Below, one piece after another: positions 29,221 through 41,380 of a stretch of 64,000 nucleotides of DNA. Within the stretch, counting starts at the first letter, position 1. Every line of letters begins with the position of its first letter. Under the pieces are notes generated by a model. That model made no database searches. It was not told the origin of the DNA and saw only the letters and a list, made by a program, of their open reading frames with translations. Location of the stretch: the NCBI GenBank assembly GCA_047967505.1, contig CM106538.1. One strand, given 5' to 3'. This DNA is from Dipteris shenzhenensis. Lineage: Eukaryota. Position numbers and translations under genes: made by a program.

Positions 29221-29599
29221 TTATAAAATAAGTTCCTTTGTTTAAGATCTAAACACTAAACCGTAATTTAATGGCATAAAATTACCAAAAAAAGTAAATT
29301 CTACAAGCATTTTTTTGAGAAACCCCCATTTTATGTTAATTTTTTTAAAAAATATAAATGTGAACAATTGTTCTAAAAAACTCACTTTGAGGTACAATAT
29401 GGAAAAAAAAACAAATGTGAAAATATGTTTTTGGGGAGAAAAGGCAAAAATTTTCAAATCTAGGAACTTTTTTTAAAAATCCTAAGTTTATGCTATTAAT
29501 TTGAAAAAAAAATCAAAATGGGACATGGTTTGAAAACTCTCACTTTGGGGTATAGATTTCATTAAAAATTAGAAATATGAAAAAAAATAAAAATGAGAG

Positions 29600-29797
29600 A
29601 GGAGGGGAGGGCAGACAACACATGTGCATATAAAAAGGGGAAGAGGGAGGAAGTGAGGGGGGAGTTGGGAGAGGGAGAGGGGGGACCGAAGAGGAGGGTA
29701 GAGGGAAAGTGAGGAAGGAGGAAGTAATAAGAGGGAGGGAGAGAGGAGGGAGTATGGAGAGGGAGACGGAGGGTGAGGATGGGAAAATCAAAGAGTC

Positions 29798-29828
<31 letters not shown>

Positions 29829-29946
29829 TCAAACCCCCCCCTTCTCTCTCTCTCCCCACTTCAACCCCCCCCTCTCTCTCTCTCTCTAAGCCCCCCCCCT
29901 CCCCCTTCCCACCAACATATGTGCCATATGTTGGTGGGAGGGGGGG

Positions 29947-29986
<40 letters not shown>

Positions 29987-30333
29987 CCCCCCCCTTCCCC
30001 ACACACACACACTTCTCCCTCTCCCAACCCCCCACTCCCTCACCTTCCCTCTCTCCTAGTCTCTGCTCCCTGCTCTCCCTTTCCCTACTCCTCCCTCACT
30101 CCCTCTCCCCTTTATTTCTTAAACCCCCCACCCCCCTGTCCCCCTTCAATATCTCCCTACTCCTCCATCACTCACTCCCTCTCCCTTTCACCCACATTGC
30201 ATGTAGTGAGAGGAGGAGGAGGGAAAGGGAGAGGAGGGGAGGGGAGAGCTGAGCGACGTGAGAAAGAGGAGGGGAGGGGAGAGCCAACATAAGAGAGAGA
30301 GAGCAGGGTGGGGGGGAGATGAGGGGAGAGGAG

Positions 30334-30394
<61 letters not shown>

Positions 30395-30650
30395 GGAAGG
30401 GGAGAGGCAACATGAGAGAGATAAGACGGAGAGATGAGCAACCTCTAAGAGAGAGGAGGGGAGGGGAGAGGGGATAGCTGTGTGAGAGAGAAGAGGGGAG
30501 ACGGGAAGGGCAACATGAGAGAGAGAGAGGAGGGAAGAGTTGAGGGATGGGAGAGAGAGGTGGGCGACATGAGAGAGAGGAGGGGATAGATGAGCAACAT
30601 GAGAGAGAGGAAGGGAGGAGAGGGAAGGGGCGAAGTGAGAGAGAGGAGGG
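29600..30650. repeat. Low-complexity GA/CT tracts
   Basis: (CT)n and (GA)n runs with strand switches. Confidence 0.85.
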
Positions 30651-30659
30651 ATTGGAATC

Positions 30660-31850
30660 TGCATCTATAGAAGTTCTAATCATGTGAGATCGTGGGATTG
30701 TATCAAAGGCCTTCCAAAAGTCTACAAAGCAGTTATAGACTTTCTGGGATCTCGATCTCACCTCCTCAATGACTACCTGTAGAGTGAAGATATGATCAAG
30801 AGTGGAATGTTGTCTGTGGAAGCCAGCCTATCCCAATGCTCATTGCCCGTGTGTCTATGTGTATGAGTTGATTCTCTCTCTAGTACCGATCCATAAATCT
30901 TGGCCAGTATATGACCAATCATGAGAGTGTGGTAGTTACCAGTGTCCAAAGGATCTCTCTCTCTCTCACACACACACACCCATCACACACACAAATAAAC
31001 AAATACATTAAAAAAACAAAAAAAGCGCCCGAGAGGCCCTAGTGCATGCAAACATGACTTTGGGCTAGACAGGGTCCCCGTCTGGTCCAAAGTCGTGCCT
31101 ACATGCACCAGGGCCTCTCGAGGGCTAGTTTTCTTTTTTTTGAATTTTGGGATGCATCCCCCATTACTTACACACACACAAGAAACAAATACATTAAAAG
31201 AAACAAAAAAAATCCCCTGAGTTGCCCTGGTACGTGCAGGCATTGTCACATCTGCATGCACCAGAGCCCCTCGGGGGCTTTTTTTTGTTTTCTTTTTTTG
31301 GGGGAATGCATCCCCCATCACATACTATTGTCTAATCACATTCTACCAGGGGTCCTGACATGTGCCTGAAAGCACCGCCACTGAGCTAGAGCTCCTTGCC
31401 CTCGTGTAAGTCGTGCCCTAGCTGCATGGATCATCATGAATACTGATTGCCCCTAGGTAGATGTAAGACTGTACAATCTCAACTAGCTCCCCTCAATAAT
31501 TGAAGCTGTGTTGGTAAAGTACTACCGGTGAGGTGTTGAAGATCATAACCTTGGTTTTACCTAGGTTGACTATCGAACCTCTCTTTCTACAGAACACCTC
31601 TAGGGCATCTAGGTGTCTCTGTAAGCCCACTGTTGAGGAGGATAGAAGGACTATGCCATAAGCATACAATGTATCTATATCATCAGATCAGCTAGCAATG
31701 ATTCCTCACCTCCTAGGTGGTCAATGAAAGTTGTGATCTCATCAATATAGAGCCCAAATAGTATCGATGAGAGGGGACATCCTTGCTTCACTTCTATCAT
31801 GCCCTCGACCCAATCCGATAGGCTCTAGGCGCATGTACTCTCCCTCTAAC
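30660..31850 (-). mobile_element. LINE reverse transcriptase fragments, degenerate and out of order
   Basis: NYHTLMIGH..AKIYG and CFVDFWKAFDTIPR (30660-30955); VKQGCPLSSILFGLYIDE and GLQRHLDAL..NLGKTKVMIF (31500-31810). Confidence 0.8.
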
Positions 31851-31857
31851 TGACTCA

Positions 31858-32912
31858 AGTGAGTTCGAGTTGTCAGTCTAGGACTCAGGAGTCAAGAGGA
31901 AGAGATAATGTTATGAGAATTAATTAGGATAATACAATTTATTTGAAGGTCCATTGGACCCTTAGCCCTTCTTTTGATAATCTCATGATCTAGTCACTCT
32001 TATTGCCATGAAGGGTTAAATTGAAGATCTCTCTTCTTCTGATAGCTAAATTTTTTTACACTCCTTCTCTAAAGGACAAAATGGCCTCAAAAGGGTCTCG
32101 TAGGCTTCAAATTTGAGGACTAAATATAACCTTTAGTTTTAAAGTCCTTAGGCAACATTAACCCGTATTCCAAAGATACCTTATTAATATAGCCTTGATT
32201 TTCAAGATATATCTTGTAAATACCCTTAAAGTCAAGCCTTTGCCATAAAATTTGATCCTTTTAAATAACCTTGTTCTCATCACTTAAGCCATTTTTTCCG
32301 GTTCAAAATACACTAAAGGATGGTTTTTTTCTATCACTTCCTCGAGCACCTCACATGCTCTTTCAAAACATCAACAAAGAACCTCGAAATTTGTTGGTGC
32401 AGCCCGTGGTGGGAATATGGAGTAGACAAGTCACTAGAGACTTGAGAGATTGGTTCGAAAGTGTAGCCTGTAGCTTGTAGGTTCAAAATAGTTGAAGAAT
32501 TGGTTTGTTGAATGAGAGAGGAGAGGCCTCAGGCAAGGATTGCAAGTGGAGGGAATTTCGAAACATGAAAGTGACTCGTGAGTTCAAGACTCGAGTTGTG
32601 AGGCTAGGACTCAGGACTCATCACTAGTCATCAGGAGGAAGTCCTAAGAGATAATGTTATGAGAACCTAGGATAATAATACGATTTATTAGAAGGTCCAT
32701 TGGACCCTTAGCCCTAGATAATAATGTGATTTGTTAGAAGGTCCATTGGACCCTCAATCCTTCTTTTGATAATCTCATGATTTAGTCACTCTTCTTGCCA
32801 TGAAGGGTTAAATTGAAGATCCCTCTTCTTCTAATAGCTAAATTGTTTTACACTTCTTCTCTGAAGGCCAAAATGGCCTTAGAAAGGGTCCTAAAGGCTT
32901 CAAATTTGAGGC
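31858..32912 (+). repeat. Pair of 270-330-bp diverged direct repeats
   Basis: GAGATAATGTTATGAGAA...GAAGGTCCATTGGACCCT...GGCTTCAAATTTGAGG at about 31860-32120 and 32580-32912. Confidence 0.8.
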
Positions 32913-33199
32913 CTGGTTCACACACATGATATACCAAACATCAACACTCGTCAATGATGTACATCATACAAAGAAAGTTTCAATGTTCTCAGAAGGCAAG
33001 GCTTTTAGGATACGTCTACTATGTTCTCCAAGAAAAAGTTAACAATCCCAATTCCCTCATATTTTGATGTTGAATCCTTGGGTTCTTTCCAATGTAATGG
33101 AAAAATATCATCATGGGATCATCCTTAGACTACTCTAAGATCTAGCATCGAATCTACATACTCCAAGATTTGCCACAAACCATCTCATCCATGTAGCCT

Positions 33200-34300
33200 C
33201 ACGTCCAATTTTGAAAATCTTGAATACTACACTATCACCTTTAACAACCTCCATCGAAAACTTTATAGCATTAAATGCCATTGATTTGAGTATCTAGATC
33301 CTTTAGGATTTTGATCGAGCAATTCGAACATCAAATCTCTTAGCTCTTAGTAGTATAACCCTTTCTCAAATCATGAATTTTGTTCAATAACATTATTCCA
33401 TCCATTCTTCAAAGTATGATTAGTCATATGCTTGATAGTAGTGCACCTTAGATGGAGAAGAATAGCATGCTCATCAATATTTTGAACCTTAGCATTCACC
33501 ACCAAATCTTGTCTCCTATATCAAGAGCATTGCTCAATGTAAACTTCATATGCTACATCTGTGCTTGGACTTTCAAGGATCACCAACATCACAATTGCTT
33601 GAAGGATCACAACAATATCACAAATTTCAAGAGCATCGTTCAACACATCATAGTGAACTTGATATGTTGCATCTTTGATTGAAGGATCATAAACATGTCA
33701 ATCACTTGATGGAACTAGTGTGATATGTTCCCAACATGAAAGGGGTGCTTTGTTAGAATACATCTTCCACATACCTTGAAAGCATGCATTATAGTAGCAT
33801 GATCTAAGTGGTGCTAAGTGTTGAAGAGTACCCATTAACAAAATGAAGGGAAAGAGTGTTAGGGATGGAATCATAATCCATAAGACATCTCTATTCACAT
33901 TTTGCTCTTTAACTTCCTAGAAAAAGCATTCAAAATCTTTGCCTTTTAGGAGATATAAAGTGTGAGCATCCATTTTATGCTAGCCTATAGGAATGTCACA
34001 ACATCACTAGCACATTATAGCTTTGCACCACCTTGCTTTATATTTTTATGAGTGAACATTCTATTTACAATGGCCCTTGCACTATCGTGCTCTCCCTTGC
34101 CATGTCCAGGTTTAAGAAAGTTCCAAATCATGCACAAGCTAGTGAGACTAATAGACATGAGCATGAATAGTGAACTAAAAAGGTCTACATGCTTTGAAAT
34201 GGGAGGCTATGCCATCAAACCAAACTCAATGTTTCTATACAAGTAATTACAATCATTCGTGGTGTAACATAAAGCAATGTTATATGAACAAATTTTTGTG
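33200..34300 (-). pseudogene. Second Sola2-like transposase remnant
   Basis: Manual minus-strand translation gives VWFDGIASHFKACRPF and WNFLKPGHGKGEHDSARAIV, paralleling the motifs at 27270-27430. Confidence 0.65.
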
Positions 34301-34873
34301 CTTCTTATCATTGGAAATTTAGAAGGTTATAAATATAGGGAAACGTTATGTAGAAGGTTATATATAAGGTAAGGTGGTACTCTTTTTCCACTTTAAAGTG
34401 GTCAAGTTTTGTCATTCCCAAAAGGTACACAAGTGGGAGGACTTTTGGAGATTCAAATTGTACATGCTTGGGACCAATGTAGTAGATGCTTGCAATAACA
34501 CCATGTAGAGCTCAAACACACTTTATCTACTTTGCAAAGCTTGACATTAGGTTACTAAATGTGTGTTCTTTCAAACACACTTTATCTGCTTTGCAGAGCT
34601 TGACATTAGGTTACTAAATTGCCACTATCTCAAAGCATAGCTTAAAAGATACAATTTTAGTTCTCTCTCTCTCTATGTGTGTGTGTGTGTGTGTCACGGA
34701 ATCAAACACCAATATCTACTTATCATGACTGTGCAAGGGCTAGTTAGCACATTAAAACTTTGAGCTACCCATCAACAAATTGTGACAGCTCTTACACATC
34801 ATCCTAGATGAAACGATATTTAAAAAATAACTTTCAATTTGGATCTAAGAATAAACACACCCTACCTGTTAAT

Positions 34874-36600
34874 TTAAAAATAGTGTATAAAATTACTCCT
34901 GCTATAAATATATCTTTGTAAGTCTTGAGAATTAAAATACCCCTCATTTTGAACTCTCATAGTATACTTACATTTTCTAGATGGACCCCCCGAGGGTATG
35001 ACAGACCATGCATTTCGAACCCTGCTGCATATAGCAGGATAGGCATCTGATCTAACTATTGCGGCCGTCAATACCACAGTCTTGCTCTGTACATGATGAA
35101 GTTGCTTCTTGATTCCTTCCTCCCTCATCCTAAGGCTACAGATGTTCTCCTTCATCTCCTCCACTTTTTGCTCACTCTGTGCAACATCTACATTAGAATC
35201 CCTCAGCATCTGTTGAACTTTCGTAAACTCTTGAAAAACTTCTTCATGGGTGGTTTCCAAGACTTCCACTCTAGTTTGGAAATCTCACAGGGTGACGGAA
35301 AGCTTTTCATAACTATCGAAAGCCACAGCAAGCTTGTGCAAACATCTATCGTGATCTTCTTGAAGGATATTGTAGGTTCCTCTTTGGACCTCCAACAGTG
35401 TTTCATAAAAACAACCCTCACCGTGGCTGCTACAAATTTCTCCACTGTGGTGGCTCGAACTTTCTCCACCATGGTGGCTGCTCTCTACATCCTCCCTGGC
35501 CTAGGGAGCTACCTCGTTGTCTTCTCCACCTCGGCTCCTCTCTGCCCCCCATCCTTCCTAGCCTCAAAGCTCTCTCGCAGTTCCTACATCACCTTTCTGG
35601 TTTCTGCATTCTCCCTTTTTAGCTCCTCCATCATCTGGTCTTTTTCAATGTTCAATGAGCTTTACATGTTGTAGAGCCATTTGTAAATACCCTCCTTTTT
35701 GGCTCTTTGATCTTCAAGGTCCTTTCGCATCATTTCTAGCTCCTTGTCCGCCAGGTCCCTGCCATTTCTCACTTCTTCGAGCCCAACTTGGAGCTCCTTC
35801 ATGTTCTTCTTTGCTTCTTCTCTTCAATGCCTTTCCATGTCGACCAATTTTGTGGTAGCCTCAGCTTTCTCTTGTGCCTGACCCTCACTTGTGCATTGCC
35901 TTTGCTGCATCGGTGGCTTTCTCTTGTAGAAAAGTCACCTTCTGAGACATCTTCTTCTTGTATTGCTCAAAGATCCCTTTGAGGGTGGATGCGATGAGGT
36001 GCATTGCAACTCCAGCGGACTCAAATGACAATTGGGATTTGCCATCCATGCAATTCTTTAGGTTGGTTAACATGCTCTTGGAGATCGCCCTTGAGAAAGA
36101 TACATCACATCCTTTCAGTTGCTCTACTTTTGCTTGAACTTGCCAAAACTTGCATGTTCCTCTCGTATCAAGAAAGAAGTGAATTGTCTTCTTCCGTACA
36201 TCTTGGAGGCCTGTTGGCAAGCTCAAAATCTTGACTCCACCATCTTTACTAATCTGAGCATTGGGGTATACGTCTAGAATATTCTATCTCTTCCACTACT
36301 TCTCGAAAAAGTGTGCTTGCGTACTGCCTCCATAAATTTCTAGAGCCTTTTCAATCATGCTTTCATTGATGGCAATCTTGTGACCTTGACAGACTAGTTG
36401 CCCCTCCTTCACATTCACCTCCTGCACCATCCTGGTGAAGTTTTGGAGAGCATCCAAATTGGGCTTTTGAATAGCAAGAGAGGAGCTCCCATATGTCACG
36501 ATTTCAAGATGAGGGAAGGAGGGGCTCTGGCACTATGCTACAGAGGGGGAGGAAAGATTGTGTGAGGAACTCCCGAACTGCTGTGCAGGGTCCATTATGA
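34874..36600 (-). pseudogene. Fragmented ORF with coiled-coil character, unknown and probably TE-derived
   Basis: Collinear minus-strand ORF pieces (36296-36499, 35885-36226, 34874-35269) rich in E, K and Q; no recognisable domain. Confidence 0.35.
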
Positions 36601-37478
36601 GAGGGGATAGAAGTTGCTAGAAGAGTGCAAGGAAGAAAGAAATGATCAAGAGGGATAGAAGATCAAGCAATGAAGGCAATGGAATAGTGGATTCTTGAGA
36701 AAGATACAACTCCCCTAGTCATCTTCTGCTCACCACTCATCTTCAGCATGCCTAGTTGGTCCCCTCCCCTCCTTGATGCTCTGTATCCCAATAATATCTG
36801 CCTTCTCGTATAAGGTGATTGCATTGCACTCACATAGAATAGAAATGCTCACACTAGTGATGCACTATTGTTAACTTTTATATTTGTATTTCAATGGTTA
36901 TGGCTGGCTCTCAGTATGCACTATTGTTAACTTTTATATTTGTATTTGAGTGGTTATGGCTACTACCTATAATCTTTTGTTTAAGGCTCTTAGCAATTGC
37001 CTTTTTTATAAATGTAAGGTCCTCTGTTCAATTTTTGCTTGGTATAAGTTGATAATTTTTATATAACCTGTTATTGGACGTAAATGTACATTGTAATCTC
37101 TTTTGCTCAATTTTCACGCAATAAATTGTACTTTTGCCATCATTTATATTTACAACAATAAGGAATAAAATACCAGGAAAGAAGGACTATAATTTCCTTG
37201 GTTTATGACCAAAATAGTGCTAAAATAACTCCAACGACCCCACCATTGTGGTTGCATGGAGATACATCTAGAAAAATATAATTAAACTTTTCGAGAATGC
37301 AATTGACGATATACATTTTCCTTGGTACACAAATATATCTCCAAGAACCAATGCGATGGATTTTATGAATCTCCTCTCGTAATATGTAAAAATAGGTAAC
37401 GAAGCTGTAACTTCAAGAACTAGCGCGGTGGTCTCTCCAAGACAACCTTGAATTCTGGGCAATGACAAGTGGTCACGC

Positions 37479-37840
37479 TGTTGAAATGTGCAATGTCCAA
37501 TTGTTGGAATATTGTGTTGGTACCCTAGAGGGGTATGTTTGTGGGAATTATGGTAGCCACACAAGAGGATGTGGACTACATGAATGGATGTGGGACATTG
37601 GTCACCACAAGTTGGATGTGGATCAGAGGATGCCACACAGTAGGCTTATGCCTTGAGACTCTCTATATAAGAGGTCTATCATTGTATTGTTTATCAAGCA
37701 TTGGAATAGATTGATTGAGTGTTGCCTACATTGTTGTATCTCCCGTAATGGATTTTCTTGTATGGTTCAATCCTCCATGATTGTTACACTAATCTCATGT
37801 AGCCCTAGGCTTAGTGGCGGTCTCATTCAGTTTCTTAACA
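37479..37840 (+). mobile_element. Solo LTR (362 bp)
   Basis: TGTTG...TAACA termini, a perfect 5-bp TSD CACGC (37474-78 and 37841-45) and an internal TATATAA. Confidence 0.88.
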
Positions 37841-38459
37841 CACGCCAGATACTGCACTGAGGTGATTCTCAAAATGATAGATTGCATCTCATTATTATGC
37901 CAAAAACCAACGCAGTGGTCTCTCTAAGCCAACCTATGATTTGCATGGGCTGTAGGCAAAGAAGCGACAAAAGGTTGTATGATGATAGGTGGTCAACTGC
38001 ACTGCAGTGGTGTTTAGAATGATAGATTGCGTCTAATTATTATGGCAAGAACTCGCGCAGTGGTCTCTCCAAGCCAACCTTCAATTTTAATGATCTGCAT
38101 GGGTGCATGCCCAGTGACAGGTGGCAAAGAAATGGCTGCATGATAATAAGTGATCAGGCGACATAGGCCAGAGACTGCGCTACACGAAGGAGTGCAAAAA
38201 TGCCATGTTCGAGCTATGCGATGTTCTAAACAAATAGATTGCATCTCATTATTATGCCAATGTGCCTTCATGACATCAGGAAAATTTCCAGCGAGAGTGC
38301 AAGTCCGTGAAAATTTTAAATATTTACCCAGAAGCGCATCGCATCGTAGCCCCAAAATTAGTTTCACGATTGGCTACACCCAAGCTAACGTTGACCCTTA
38401 ATGTGAGTTTTGTGTGATTTGTTGTTTTACTTATTTGTGTGTTTTCTAGTGTTTTGCAG

Positions 38460-39056
38460 ATTTGAGGAGAGGCTAAGGAAAAATCATGCAATGTCACTGA
38501 AGCATTATAAGGCTGAGCATCTTCGTAGGCCATTGAAGAGCTATGATAAGGATTTTTTTTCACCTATGAACAGTTGATGCACCATATGCCACCTATGGTA
38601 GATGGGGATGCTACATTGTGTTGTATGCTTTCTTGCAACCTATAGGCAATCAGTGTACTATGGTGAGTTTTGTTTAATTGAGCATTGGTTTGTATTTTGC
38701 ATGTTTATGTTTAAGTTGTCTGATGTTGTGTTGTGTTGTAGGTTTGGAATAATAGGAACCGTGTTGGTGTTAAGACTTTTAAGGGTTTGGTTTCTTCGAT
38801 GATGAATACAGTAGCTGGTGGTGAGAAGGGTAAATTCACAAATAAGAATTTGAGGAGCACTGCATTTAATCATTTATCATTTGCCGATGTACCTAGGGAG
38901 GTTGCTACAAAGTTTTCTAGGCATAGGTGTGTGAGTTCATTTCATAAGTATGAGGCAACTAATGATGTACAAATGCTTGCATGTGAGAGTTTGATTGAGC
39001 AACCTTATGATGAGTTTGGAAAGCAGAGCACTTATGAGTCTACTTTGAGTGATTGA
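38460..39056 (+). pseudogene. Crypton-like tyrosine recombinase C-terminal fragment with introns
   Basis: VWNNRNRVGVKTF...GKFTNKNLRSTAFNHL...SRHRCVSSFHKYE resembles the W..G.N.L / TNHSLRAT / GHRS..Y boxes. GTGAGT...AG introns at 38403-38459 and 38663-38741. Confidence 0.6.
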
Positions 39057-41380
39057 CTGGCAAATTATTCTCGGAATGTGGATGGTGTTGGGGTTGTGGA
39101 TGATCAAGTTCATGTTTCTTCTAGTTCTTCTTCATCTTTGATTTCTACTATGGTTTCTAGTGTGGGGCATTTGGATGCAGCTCCGTCCTTTGGCTATTGT
39201 TTATCTAGGTGTTGACGCTTGTTGTGGGAATGAATATCTGAATGGTGTTCAAGTTGATTTTGGTTTTGTGAAGTGTATTGTTGTTACTAGAGTTAAAGCT
39301 GTTGTGCTCCTGGTGAGATTGTTTGTGGTGGTGGAGTTGTTTCTACTGCGAAAGGTGTTGCTGGAGTCGAATCTGACGCTTTATCTGTAATTGTTTCTAT
39401 TACTAGTACTGGAGTTGGTTCTAGATTTGCTTTGATTTTTTACATATTCAACTTTCCAAAGGTCTTTCCACTTATGCACCTTAAAAGTGGTTCCAATCTT
39501 CACAATCCATAAACACTTGGTAGACATCTTATGCCCTTTTGCATAGCCTTTTCCAAGTACACTCATCACTAGGTGAAACCAAGCACCTAGAAGTGTAACA
39601 CCATAGAATGATTGAGGCATAACCCCCCCTCCCTCCACCACCACCCATTCAAAACCCGAGGTGGGCCACAATTAAATCTGGATCGTCTTATCAAAACCAA
39701 TTCCTATGTAGAATACTACCTCGAATACCCTACCGTTAAAATTTGCCAAAAAAAATCACCAAACGACACGTATATAGTTTCATAAATTGAATAACTGACA
39801 GAAAAAACTTCCCATGTACACGTAATTAAATATGAACAAAATTAACCAATGAAAAATTGACACATTCAAATTTTAACAACCAATTTAAAAACACAAAATA
39901 TTATATTTCAATTATTAGTTTGTTACCTCCAACAACTAGTAACAACTATAGTCAATGCCATAAATCTTCTTCTTCTTCTCAAAACTGCAAACATCAAGAG
40001 AACGCTCGTAGAAATGAAAGACATGGTCCTTGAAAGAACCAGCAACACTATAGCTTGAAGAATGAGCACCGCCACCAAACCGATCCACACTCATCAGGAC
40101 AACACTGAACTAACTTGTGCAAAAAAATTCCTCATCTTCCTCCAAAGCTCGCCAAAATCAGACACCTTCTTAAAGCTCTTCACACCACTTCCAATAGGAA
40201 CAGATCCACCAAATGAAACTACAACTAGAATAGAACTTGCAAATGAAACATCACCACCAACAGGGTTGATTCTCTTGGTTCTCTTGGTTTGGTTGGTTAT
40301 GGATCTTGCTCTATTGGATCTGTTACTAGTGCTAGAGTTGGTTCTAGATTTGCTTCAGTTCTTTGTAGGGATGATTCTCTTGGCTCGCTTGGTTCAGTTG
40401 GTTTTGGATCTTTATCCATTGGTTCTCTTTATTTTGGTATAGCTTCGGTTGCTTCTGAAGGAGGTTCGATGGTTCAGGTTTTCTTGCTGGTGGTTCTGAG
40501 TTCTATGGTCCTATTTCATGTAGTGGTTTGGGTCCTATTTCATCTAGCAGTTTGAGTTGTATTGCTGTAGGGGATGTTGGCAGAATTTTTGGTGCTGTAT
40601 TTACAATTTAAAGAATCAAAGCAAGCAAGTGGATCAATGATCATGAAAAGAACATCAATGATCATGGATTGCATGCATGGTTCCAACCACGGTGTGTAGG
40701 ATGTCCACTCTGATTAGTTTGTGGAACTCATCCCATGGCTTGTCAATGCCTACAAAAAATGGCCAATCTTTGGAAGGGTGATGTGCATGTAAACTTTTGG
40801 AAAAACACACAAGGAACGTTATTGGTTCCTTAATTTCACATTCTGCCATAGACTTACCAAATCCATTGTTGAAGATTCATCATTTCAGCCTATATATCTA
40901 TCTTCATTCGCGAGATTTGCTGTGTATAGGGCTATCTCTAGCCCTTTCCTTGGGTATGAAGGGAGGCTATCTCTTATCCTCAACTTATCCTCGAAAAAAA
41001 TAACAAAGCTTGACTCATTCTAGTCCTTTGAGATGGGAATTACAGAAACAGCAGATCCACGCTGCGAAGAGCCTGGCCATTTGCTTAAGTTTTGCCTGTG
41101 TGCATATCTTGTTGAGCACCCTCTTCATCATCAATCTTCTACGATGCTTGGTTTTATTCATGTCATCAACTCCATCGCTTGCCACAACTGCAGCAACTCT
41201 GCTCGAGCATTCTGATGCCACATTCACATTCTTGAAGCTGAAGCTGCTAGAGTTACCGTCCGACTCCTTGCCTTCTTCGATCCCACGTACTACTTCCTTT
41301 GCCGAGGACGTGAACTCGACTGCACTGCTCAAACCAAACGACAGGCTTATTTCTCCCAACCATGATGACTCGTTCTCTAC

